Assembly: GCA_029210945.1 (NCBI GenBank)
Contig: JARGGH010000009.1
Span: 11,991 to 75,990, forward strand
From: Anaerolineales bacterium
GTDB taxonomy: Bacteria; Chloroflexota; Anaerolineae; Anaerolineales; E44-bin32
Direction: 5' to 3'
DNA length: 64,000 bases
Part shown: positions 28,966-36,901 of the stretch, piece by piece
Position numbering within the stretch: the first letter of the stretch is position 1
Layout: the number at the start of each line of letters is the position of its first letter
Made by a program: the position numbers and the translations under genes
Notes under the pieces: model-generated
What the model saw: only the letters and a program-made list of their open reading frames with translations
Database searches by the model: none
Told to the model about the DNA's origin: nothing

Positions 28966-29208
28966 TCACTCCTGTTTTTTATCCAGTTTTATATTCATCG
29001 AAGACATCTCCCCGTGTCTGTTCCCGATCGTGTGCCGGTGATCTCCCTCTGACAGAGACATCATCAGCAGGTGGCTCAGCGGACAGAACAAGATCAGCGC
29101 GAACAAAAGGGCAGTACTGACCTGCACCTGGAATAGGAAGATCGCCGCAAGAGCAGCCAGAGGGACCAGACAACAGAGCAGCATGAGTGTCCAGTGTCGT
29201 TTGTTCAT
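28966..29208 (-). CDS. DUF2933-like small membrane protein
   Basis: MNKRHWTLMLLCCLVPLAALAAIFLF...LILFCPLSHLLMMSLSEGDHRH matches my memory of the DUF2933 pattern (CC in helix 1, CPL-H-LMM, His-rich tail). It abuts ccmF with no gap. Confidence 0.6.
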   Translation of the reverse strand: MNKRHWTLMLLCCLVPLAALAAIFLFQVQVSTALLFALILFCPLSHLLMMSLSEGDHRHTIGNRHGEMSSMNIKLDKKQE

Positions 29209-29750
29209 GGGTAGAATTCCAACGCCTCCTTTAGTGCGATTGGGGCAACAGAGGATTCCGCCGCCAACCAGACCAGATACGGGCCGGCGATGAAGTAATA
29301 ATGTCGCTGTCCCATACCTTCCAATTCATATACCGACCGGCCTTCGATCATCCGCTCTCCAAGTGGGGTGAAGGGTGAATTTCCGTCGGAGATGGCTTCG
29401 TTCATCGCCAGCGTCATTCGCCGGGCCATCCATCCAATCCCAGTACCTGCTGTCCAGATTTGAATCTCAGCGGACATCCCATACGAGCCCACAGCTGCTG
29501 AGGTGAGCGGAAAGTCTGATCCGTGCAATCGTGCGATCTCAGCGACAGCCTGGGTTCCGTAGCGCGAGACCTGAAGCTGCCGTCCGGCAAGGCTGGCCGG
29601 CAGCGGCGCCTCGCGCGGCGCGGACAGGATCTGCATATAACGCCCGGCCACTCCGCCAAGTACAATGACGGCAACGCCGACTGCCAGAAGCGTGAGAGGC
29701 AGCAACCGTCTCGCGCGTACATTCGGGGACATCCTGCTGCTCCTACGCAA
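29205..29750 (-). CDS. hypothetical membrane-anchored exported protein
   Basis: Signal anchor LLPLTLLAVGVAVIVLGGV and a soluble domain of unrecognised family. It overlaps both neighbours by 4-8 nt. Confidence 0.5.
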   Translation of the reverse strand: MRRSSRMSPNVRARRLLPLTLLAVGVAVIVLGGVAGRYMQILSAPREAPLPASLAGRQLQVSRYGTQAVAEIARLHGSDFPLTSAAVGSYGMSAEIQIWTAGTGIGWMARRMTLAMNEAISDGNSPFTPLGERMIEGRSVYELEGMGQRHYYFIAGPYLVWLAAESSVAPIALKEALEFYP

Positions 29751-30999
29751 TCACCCAGACCAGCATACCCGCCCCGAGCGCAACCATGGCCAGCCCATAC
29801 CACAGTCGGATCCTCCGGGCATTTTCCCGCTCCCAGCGCGCCCAGCGCTTGGCAACCAGACGGTTGCCTGCGGCGAGCAGGATCACGACGAGGGGCAGGA
29901 CGAAGAGCACGTTGTAAAGTGCAAGATAGCTGACACCCCAGGCTAATGTTGTCCTGGCGTTCAGCAGCGTGATGATCGACACATACACCCCTCCCGAGCA
30001 CGGGAAGGTGCACAAGCCTACGAGCAGCCCCGCTCCAATCGTCGCCGGCAAGGTCGCCTGTTTCAGAAGCTCGTTGGTTTTCTGTCCGGCGATCATCGGC
30101 ATGTGCAGCTTGATCGGAAACTCCGGGAAGAAATATTCGATCAGATTAATGACCCCAAGCGAGATGAGAATCCAGCTGCCTGCTCGGGCGACAAAATGCG
30201 GGTCGTTTGAGAAGCGCACCGCCTGCAAGATCCCGAGACCAATCGCAAAGTACACGATGAAGATCATCCCGATGTAGACAAAACCGAGCTTCAGAATATG
30301 CCGGCGGGACTTGCGAATGGTGAAGAGAAATGCGAGCAGCAGCAGGATCACCGCGAAGGCGCAGGGGTTAACTGAGTCCAGGAGCCCTGTTACGATCACC
30401 GCCGGTAGGAGTTCGCCGAGATTGGCAAGCCCAACGGGCAGGGGCCCCGATGACGCCATCGCGGCGGGAAGCGCCTCCTCAAACGGGGTTGTGATGTCGA
30501 ACGTCATGACGTCGCCGGTCCACGCCCACAGCCGGTATTCCGTCGGCTCGCCGTGCATCTCGGGTTGCCAGACCACCAGGCGCGCTGGCCGATCCGGATA
30601 TTCGAGCACAGCCTGGATCAGATCCGGGGGCACATGGCCGAGGATGACGAGATCGCCTCCATCTGAGGGGACAAAGGCATACAATGAATCGGCGATCGAC
30701 CGGGGCAACTCGATCCCATCCGCCATCTCGCGCAACCGTTTGCGTTCTTCGGGAACGGTGTAGTCATGGATCTCAAAGGGCGCCTCCACTCCCCCGGTTT
30801 GCAAAGCTGGAAGCATGACATCTTCAACGTAGGGCCAGCAATCAACACAGCCCGCGCTGAAGAAGATGTGCACGACCTCAGCCTCGTCGCTTCCAGCGGA
30901 GGCGTCCGACCAGGGCGTGAAGAGCAATCCAAGCGCGGCCAGGAGAGCCAACAGAAGCAAGCCTGATCGCAGAGCTATTGAATTTCTGTTATTTGCCAC
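29743..30999 (-). CDS. DsbD_2/CcdA-superfamily membrane protein fused to an N-terminal DUF411(CopG)-like CxxC domain
   Basis: The membrane half has LDSVNPCAFAV and GLCTFPCSGGVY (Cys-in-helix pair of DsbD_2-type proteins). The N-terminal exported domain is VVHIFFSAGCVDCWPYVED...GIELPRSIADSLYAFVPSDGGDLVILGHVPPDLIQAVLEYPDRP. This parallels the DUF411 layout (Cys motif ... GIP..L..CHT....GY.VEGHVP...I..LL). Confidence 0.7.
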   Translation of the reverse strand: MANNRNSIALRSGLLLLALLAALGLLFTPWSDASAGSDEAEVVHIFFSAGCVDCWPYVEDVMLPALQTGGVEAPFEIHDYTVPEERKRLREMADGIELPRSIADSLYAFVPSDGGDLVILGHVPPDLIQAVLEYPDRPARLVVWQPEMHGEPTEYRLWAWTGDVMTFDITTPFEEALPAAMASSGPLPVGLANLGELLPAVIVTGLLDSVNPCAFAVILLLLAFLFTIRKSRRHILKLGFVYIGMIFIVYFAIGLGILQAVRFSNDPHFVARAGSWILISLGVINLIEYFFPEFPIKLHMPMIAGQKTNELLKQATLPATIGAGLLVGLCTFPCSGGVYVSIITLLNARTTLAWGVSYLALYNVLFVLPLVVILLAAGNRLVAKRWARWERENARRIRLWYGLAMVALGAGMLVWVIA

Positions 31000-31589
31000 G
31001 TAAAGACCCTTTCATCAGCATCCACGCCGCGGATGGTTAGCGTTAACTGGCCTATCCCGTCGACAGCGGCGGCGCTCTCGGAGAACTGGTTTGGAAATCC
31101 AAGCTGGCCAGCGACATGGTGACCACTGCCTCCACTCCAGTAGACGGCAGGTATCCGAACCCCATCGCCAATCTCGAGGGTGGAGAGCCCGGCAAGATCC
31201 ATCGAAAGATCCACGGAATGCGTGTTCATGCTGACTTCGAAGAAAAGGAGAGCGCCAGCTTCCGCAAGTGTACTGGTAGGGCTGATCACGACCTCCACAG
31301 CGCCCTGGCTATCCACCCGCCTGAGGTCTCTCTCGGGCACCTCCGCTGTGTCATTATCGACTGCGTCCTTGCTCTCTCCCTGCTCCTGCTTTATTGCGGC
31401 TGGGGATTCCTGCCGAACTTCAGTCTGGCTCGAATTATCACCGACGATCCGCGCTGATCCTGTACATGCGCTCAGAAGCCATCCAGCCGCGACGATCAGC
31501 ACAACTGCCACAATTCGCCGTGGCGTCAGGCAGCTGACCTTGAACAGACTCTCGACTTTCAAATGAATATATTCCAGAGTAGTTTTCAT
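30975..31589 (-). CDS. putative lipoprotein with THS/GHH motifs
   Basis: The ATG at 31589 overlaps the upstream TGA (ATGA). Lipobox-like LLSAC. C-terminal domain: AVEVVISP...LFFEVSMNTHSVDLSMDL...YWSGGSGHHVAGQLGFP. The longer track ORF (to 31787) was rejected. Confidence 0.55.
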   Translation of the reverse strand: MKTTLEYIHLKVESLFKVSCLTPRRIVAVVLIVAAGWLLSACTGSARIVGDNSSQTEVRQESPAAIKQEQGESKDAVDNDTAEVPERDLRRVDSQGAVEVVISPTSTLAEAGALLFFEVSMNTHSVDLSMDLAGLSTLEIGDGVRIPAVYWSGGSGHHVAGQLGFPNQFSESAAAVDGIGQLTLTIRGVDADERVFTWQITEIQ

Positions 31590-32077
31590 ACGGTCTCCAT
31601 ACCGGAAGCCATGAGTTGGATCGCTCTGCGTCGCTCCCTGAAGAGGACGGTCAGCATCACGAGGATCCCCAGGACAGTAGTGCCCAAACCGATCAGCATG
31701 AAGGCGAGCCGGTACTCCGCGAGAAATGTCGCCGCAGCAGTGAGTCCGATCAACGGAAGCACATCGGTGACGTGGTGGGCGCAGCATGCAACCATCGCCG
31801 TCGCAGATACTCCTCCACCTGCACCGGTCAGGGCTCCGCTCGGGCCCAGATCAGAAACAGGTATGAATAGCCGCTTCTTCAGGACAACGTATAAACCCAC
31901 CTGGATACCAAACCCAATGATGATCGGGATGACGATCCAGCGGTCCTCCCAGAAAAGCTCTAAAGCATGTTCTGGGCTTTCAGCCAGAGAAACAATGCCA
32001 AAATAAATGCCGCTCAGGGCAATCATTGCAATCAACCCTGCCGCCGCGGGGAACAACAGCTTCTTTAAAGCTTGCAT
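31586..32077 (-). CDS. polytopic membrane protein with an intramembrane CC-x-HH motif
   Basis: Four to five hydrophobic helices. TAMVACCAHHVTDVLPLIGL recalls the Cys-pair helices of MerT/MerF-type metal transporters. The family is not recognised. Confidence 0.6.
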   Translation of the reverse strand: MQALKKLLFPAAAGLIAMIALSGIYFGIVSLAESPEHALELFWEDRWIVIPIIIGFGIQVGLYVVLKKRLFIPVSDLGPSGALTGAGGGVSATAMVACCAHHVTDVLPLIGLTAAATFLAEYRLAFMLIGLGTTVLGILVMLTVLFRERRRAIQLMASGMETV

Positions 32078-32169
32078 ACCAACACTCTCCTAAAAAGAGT
32101 TAGATCTCCCAAAGCATATTGGAGCGCATCGGTCTGGAATAGGGCCAAATGGCGCATCATATGAAAATA

Positions 32170-32183
32170 GTGACAGGTGTCAC
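32170..32183. promoter_or_regulatory. palindrome GTGACA-GG-TGTCAC upstream of 31586..32077 (possible operator)
   Basis: Perfect 6-2-6 palindrome, extendable to about 8/10 matches per arm as AATAGTGACA-GG-TGTCACATTT. It lies about 95 nt upstream of the start at 32077, in the only sizeable gap of the long minus-strand gene string. Confidence 0.25.
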
Positions 32184-32260
32184 ATTTAACACGGCGGATT
32201 GATGGAATGGTGACCGGACTACACGGATTGGTCCCTGTAAAGCCGGATGCCCAACACTTT

Positions 32261-32707
32261 TCACGATGAGCGGAGTATGATCTGCCCGTTGTCGGTGGAG
32301 ACCCTATACACTGGAAGTGGAGACGGCGGTGGTCCGGAGATCACCGAGCCGTCAAGAGGATCATAGAAGCCGGCATGACACGGACACTCAATCATTCCGC
32401 TTTCGGGATTCCAGGAGACGATGCAAGCAAAGTGTGTACAGACGGCGCTGTATGCGACCAACCCCTTCTCCTGTGTATTGATAACGATGGCGGGGTAGCG
32501 CCCGAATCGGACCACCTTTGATTCAAGGGGCGGTATCGCACCTTCAGGTCCGATGACAACCGGCTTGGTGGGCGTCTCCTCAAGCACATTCGGCCAGAAG
32601 AAGCTGATGACCGGACCGAAGAAAGCTGCCAATCCAGAGGCGATCAATATCCTTTTTGCCAGTGTCAGGAATCCTCTGCGTTCCAGCCGAGAATCGCTTT
32701 CTTCCAT
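32261..32707 (-). CDS. Rieske [2Fe-2S] protein with Tat-type signal anchor (R3)
   Basis: LERRGFLTLAKRIL, CTHFACIVSW, CPCHAGFY, GPPPSPL. ATG at 32707. Confidence 0.88.
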   Translation of the reverse strand: MEESDSRLERRGFLTLAKRILIASGLAAFFGPVISFFWPNVLEETPTKPVVIGPEGAIPPLESKVVRFGRYPAIVINTQEKGLVAYSAVCTHFACIVSWNPESGMIECPCHAGFYDPLDGSVISGPPPSPLPVYRVSTDNGQIILRSS

Positions 32708-32764
32708 GGTCACACCCTCCCTTACTTGACCCAGATCATCCACACCCCCCACACAATAGCAATT

Positions 32765-33799
32765 TTAAACTCCGCAGCTGCTGCCGCCCTCCGGAGCTTG
32801 TTCAAGAAATCCATTCTCACCAAGCCAACGGTGAACGCTTGCGAAACCGGATCCTGAGAAGGCTTCTGGCCCGACAGCCATTTTCGCATCAACTTCGTCG
32901 AATGGTTGCTCAAGAACTGCATTGAAAAACATGGCTAATTCGACCGTTTGGGCTGGAAACCAGAACATGTTGGCAACTTTCGCCGCCTCATACATCTCGG
33001 CTTCCGAGGCATCTTCTGCCGCTAACACCTGCAGAAGCCCCAGCATCGCCATGCCATGATTACAATCCGGGAAGAGAGTCGGGTTGTTGCAGCATGGGCG
33101 ATATACGTTTGCTGCCACTGTCTCCAACCGCGCTTGCTGAGCCGGAGTCAGCACCACGATAGGGGCGCTCGCGTAGAGCTCGGTTACCGGCACTTCTGCA
33201 AGCGTCCAGCCGCCGGTGGAGGCAAACCGCTCGATGGCTCCCTCAGACGAGGTCCACATCGGTCCTTCAGTCAGGATCGCGTTTTGGTTGGTCAAACCAA
33301 GCGCCCAGAAAAAGTGCAGCAGGAACCGCGCGTTCCCACGTGTCAGGACAATTCCCTCCGCACTGGATTCGGCCAGCACGCGCTCCTGACTCGAAGTGAG
33401 CGGAGCCGCGCTTTCCAGGTAGACCGAACGGAGTGCATCAACGTCGATCGCGCCTGCTTCGACCAATTGAGGGCCAAGATCGCCAAACGCAGAGCCCAGG
33501 TCATAGCTTTGAGGGTAGACTTCATCGATAGATAAAGCTGCATCGGGTCGGTTTGTCGTGTTCCCCTGTATGCCCGATCCAAGCTTTGCGTTTGGACCCG
33601 ACGGTCGAGGGTTGCTTGAAACCCCTCCATCCAACGGTGTGAACAGAACTAGCACTAAGGATACTGACAGGACGACATTCAGAATGAGGCTGGCGACCAA
33701 CCACAATTTCTGCCGGCCTGACACAGCACGTGTTTCTGTTCCTCCCTGTGCTTCATTCTCAGGCTGGTTTGCCTCAGCGGCTATCTCGTCTGATTCCAT
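32765..33799 (-). CDS. membrane-anchored exported protein with a conserved-looking CC-x8-C-x-H cluster
   Basis: TM anchor (LWLVASLILNVVLSVSLVLVLF), a Pro/Gly/Ser linker, then a large domain with VYRPCCNNPTLFPDCNHGMAMLGLL and C-terminal ...GGSSCGV. ATG at 33799 after GAGGAG. It lies 57 nt upstream of Rieske R3. Confidence 0.65.
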   Translation of the reverse strand: MESDEIAAEANQPENEAQGGTETRAVSGRQKLWLVASLILNVVLSVSLVLVLFTPLDGGVSSNPRPSGPNAKLGSGIQGNTTNRPDAALSIDEVYPQSYDLGSAFGDLGPQLVEAGAIDVDALRSVYLESAAPLTSSQERVLAESSAEGIVLTRGNARFLLHFFWALGLTNQNAILTEGPMWTSSEGAIERFASTGGWTLAEVPVTELYASAPIVVLTPAQQARLETVAANVYRPCCNNPTLFPDCNHGMAMLGLLQVLAAEDASEAEMYEAAKVANMFWFPAQTVELAMFFNAVLEQPFDEVDAKMAVGPEAFSGSGFASVHRWLGENGFLEQAPEGGSSCGV

Positions 33800-34111
33800 C
33801 GACCGACTCCTCAAATAAGGATAACTGCAAACCACAGCTGGTTTGCAGGTTTCGATTTTCTACACGGTAACCGAATTGAGGGGCGCGTATAAGGGCAAAA
33901 TGGCCCATGAACTAGAAATCACGCCATTACAACATCCTGGTCTCAATTTTAAGATCACACCCATCCAATGATATGGCGCAGATGTGCTTGCGCCCATTTA
34001 CGCCAAAATGCCCTTGGAATGAGGGGCAACAACTGGCACATTTAATGAAACGGATCGAATTATGCCAGCGACAGAAAACCGTCGGTGGAATCCATATAAA
34101 GGGAAGTCGAA

Positions 34112-35257
34112 ATGGTCAAATCGTTTCCTCTTGTGAAAGTATTCGGCATCGAGATTCGCGTAGATCTAACGTGGGCGTTCGCTTTCGGGGTCATCCTCTG
34201 GTCACTGGGAACGTATTATTTTCCGAATGAATATGACACCATGAGCGTCCTGGATGCCTGGACGCTCGCCCTGGCCGTGACGGTTTTTCTCTATTTCTCG
34301 ATTGTGGCTCACGAACTTGGCCACAGCCTGGTCTCCAAGAAATTAGGTGTTGATGTCAAGGTGATCACACTCTTCATCGTCGGAGGGTTGGCACATTTAG
34401 AACAGGAACCGGATAAAGCACGCAACGAACTGGCCATCGCCCTCACTGGACCGCTCGTCAGCCTGGGGCTGGCATTGTTGTTTGGTGTTTTGGTTCTGGC
34501 TGGTGAAGCGAACGTAGGTGTAAAGCTTGTGGCATTTGGTCGCTGGTTGGCATTGGCCAATCTCTCGCTGGCACTTTTTAATCTGCTCCCTGGTTTCCCT
34601 TTGGACGGGGGACGTGCGCTGCGAGCAGTCATCTGGAGCCTTACAGGAAGTTTCGAGCGGGCCACTAAAGTCGCCGGATTTATGGGCCAAGCTGTCGCGT
34701 TCGGTTTAATGAGTTGGGGCGGACTGCAGATCTTCGATGGGCACATTGCCAATGGTTTCTGGGTTGTGTTGATTGGATGGTTTTTGTATCGCGCTTCGAT
34801 TCAGAGCATGGCGAACGCCGCCTTAAAAAGCGGTCTTGCCGATCTGACTGTCCGGGAGATCATACGCTCCAATGGACACGTCGTCCCCCCTACGATGAGC
34901 CTGGAGCAGCTCCTGAGAGAGGTTGCTCTACCCACAGGGGAAAAGTGGTTTCCTGTATCGGGTGGAGGGAAAATTATCGGGGTCATCACACTGGAGGAGG
35001 TCCAATCCATTGATCGTGTTCGTCGGGGAAGTACGACTGTAGGACAGACGATGAAGATGATCCATGAGCTCCCGGCGATTTCTCCAGATGAGGGTGTATA
35101 CAAAGCTTTCGAAAGAATGGTCAAAGAAAATCTCAGCCTGCTGCAAGTGGCGGAGGACGGGATCTGGCTGGGGTCCGTCACAAAGGAACGGATTCTCACC
35201 ACCTGGAGCGTCCAATCGAGCCTGCAACCATTGAAAGGCAAGATGCAAAAAAGGTAA
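34112..35257 (+). CDS. site-2 protease (M50) family zinc metalloprotease with a CBS pair
   Basis: VAHELGHSLV (HExxH), NLLPGFPLDGGR, and a C-terminal tandem CBS-like region. Confidence 0.88.
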   Translation: MVKSFPLVKVFGIEIRVDLTWAFAFGVILWSLGTYYFPNEYDTMSVLDAWTLALAVTVFLYFSIVAHELGHSLVSKKLGVDVKVITLFIVGGLAHLEQEPDKARNELAIALTGPLVSLGLALLFGVLVLAGEANVGVKLVAFGRWLALANLSLALFNLLPGFPLDGGRALRAVIWSLTGSFERATKVAGFMGQAVAFGLMSWGGLQIFDGHIANGFWVVLIGWFLYRASIQSMANAALKSGLADLTVREIIRSNGHVVPPTMSLEQLLREVALPTGEKWFPVSGGGKIIGVITLEEVQSIDRVRRGSTTVGQTMKMIHELPAISPDEGVYKAFERMVKENLSLLQVAEDGIWLGSVTKERILTTWSVQSSLQPLKGKMQKR

Positions 35258-35310
35258 GTATCACTTTCGATGACTTCTTAGGCCAACGGGTATTGATTAA
35301 GGAGGATAAG

Positions 35311-35577
35311 ATGAAACCCCTTCGATTTTGGCCAGTTGCATGGTCGCTCGCGTTCTTCCTGGCGATCATCTTTACACTTGATGTGGTCTTCGGCTTGCTC
35401 TTTCCAGATTGGTACGTGATGCAGAGTTTCTGGGAACTCATCCTTCCCGACTACACCTTTATAAGCTGGAGCAGCTATCTGCTGGGCGTCCTGGAGGCGT
35501 TCCTTTCCGGACTCTTCACGGCGGTGATTTTCGTGCCGCTTTACAACTTTTTCGCGACGCGCAGGATCAGCCGCTGA
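35311..35577 (+). CDS. DUF5676-like small membrane protein
   Basis: FWPVAWSLAFFLAIIFTLDVVFGLLFPDWYVMQSFWELILPDYTFISWSSYLLGVLEAFLSGLFTAVIFVPLYNFF. It is a paralogue of 54507..54785. The family name is from memory. ATG after AAGGAGG. Confidence 0.55.
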   Translation: MKPLRFWPVAWSLAFFLAIIFTLDVVFGLLFPDWYVMQSFWELILPDYTFISWSSYLLGVLEAFLSGLFTAVIFVPLYNFFATRRISR

Positions 35578-35787
35578 CACCAATTTGTGACTCCTTTCAA
35601 TCTCTCGGCTTGGCAACGGCTGTTTTCAGGCCGAAGATGGCAGTGCCTCGATCAAGAAGTTCGCCAAGCAGATTCGGTGGTCCATCCATCCGCGCGGAGC
35701 GAGTAGCACCCGAATCGGCGTGGGCAGGAGCAGCGATCGCGTCGGCAAGGTCAGAACAACTCATCTTGATAGGATGGGAAGGAATTA

Positions 35788-36273
35788 ATGATGGAAGAAA
35801 AACCCCGGAAAATAATCGGTAGGCGTCCTTTTCTCGGTTGGATCACGGCCACGATCTCAAGCCTCATCGCGGCTGCCTACACTATCCCTGCAGTGAGGTT
35901 TATTCTTGGTTCCTCTCTCGAGCAGGAATCCGAACAATGGCTGACGCTTGGCTCTACATCCAAGATCCCTCTCGGAACGCCTACATTGTCTAAAACCAAC
36001 GTTGAACGCAGAACTGGATGGGTAACTTCCACTGAAGACGTATCGGTGTACATACTCACGAACAACGGCCGCGATTATGTAGCGATGTCGAATATCTGCA
36101 CCCACCTTGGCTGCCGGGTACGCTGGGTGGCGAAGAGGGAGCAGTTCTTTTGCCCATGTCATAATGGGGTCTTCGGTAAGGATGGGACCGTGGTTTCTGG
36201 CCCACCCCCAAGACCGCTTGATCGGTACCCGGTGAATGTGGAGGCCGATCAGATATCTATCCTCGCCACTTGA
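35788..36273 (+). CDS. Rieske [2Fe-2S] protein with Tat-type signal anchor (R4)
   Basis: IGRRPFLGWITATI, CTHLGCRVRW, CPCHNGVF, GPPPRPLD. Confidence 0.88.
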   Translation: MMEEKPRKIIGRRPFLGWITATISSLIAAAYTIPAVRFILGSSLEQESEQWLTLGSTSKIPLGTPTLSKTNVERRTGWVTSTEDVSVYILTNNGRDYVAMSNICTHLGCRVRWVAKREQFFCPCHNGVFGKDGTVVSGPPPRPLDRYPVNVEADQISILAT

Positions 36274-36901
36274 TATTCACAAATGACCGGGCACCGGCGA
36301 TCTGCGATCGCGTCAAAGCACACTTAAAGAACTTGGCGCGGTCTCTCCGCTCCAATCCTTGAGCCTTCTCTGGCCCGTCTGTAGGTGCTCCTGGAAAAAG
36401 TACCCTCACAACCCGAGCAGGACGAACTTAGCTGCAACGGCCCTTCGTGAGGACGTGAGATTAAGCTTCCACAGCTCTGGCTCGATGCCCACAAGTACCA
36501 TGTCGCATCCCCCATACGATCAAAGGGAACATCCCGCTGGGCAACCTACAATCCCGGTACCATGTGCATGCCAACAGTCGATTGTGCACGGCACGATCGG
36601 CTTTACAAGATCCGTCGTTAATAATCAGCCGCGAATCCGGCCTCGATCGCAGGGTTGACGTTCTCGTTTGCAGGCCTGGAACGCCGTGCTTGTGCGTGCG
36701 GATCCCTCCGAGCCAATGATGGAGCCCGGTCCTGCAATGGAAAACGAAGGCGGAGGGGCACGAGCCAGCCGATGGAGACGGTCGATTAATGAGCGGAGAC
36801 AAGCAAATTCGCCTATCGGTCCATCCGCCAAATGCAGCTTACCTCCAGCCTGCTCATTCAATAGAATGCCTTTTAATCTTATTCACATGGAGGCAAGCAG
36901 A

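Noticed and set aside
30975-31787. N-terminal 66-codon extension of the lipoprotein gene (listed start 31787).
   Set aside because: The extension overlaps the preceding well-formed membrane protein gene in another frame and is Arg/His/Pro-rich. The ATG at 31589 gives an ATGA stop-start overlap and a signal/lipobox N-terminus.
24706-33799. A c-type cytochrome (CXXCH) substrate for CcmF/CcmH within the operon or elsewhere in the window.
   Set aside because: I scanned the supported products by eye and saw CxxC, CxCH (Rieske) and ferredoxin-type motifs only, with no CXXCH. The absence is reported instead. A motif scan by program should confirm it.
36668-36901. N-terminal extension of the DoxX gene (listed start 36668).
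   Set aside because: The extension has no hydrophobic or family character. GGAGG-N7-ATG at 36902 starts exactly where DoxX-like sequence begins.
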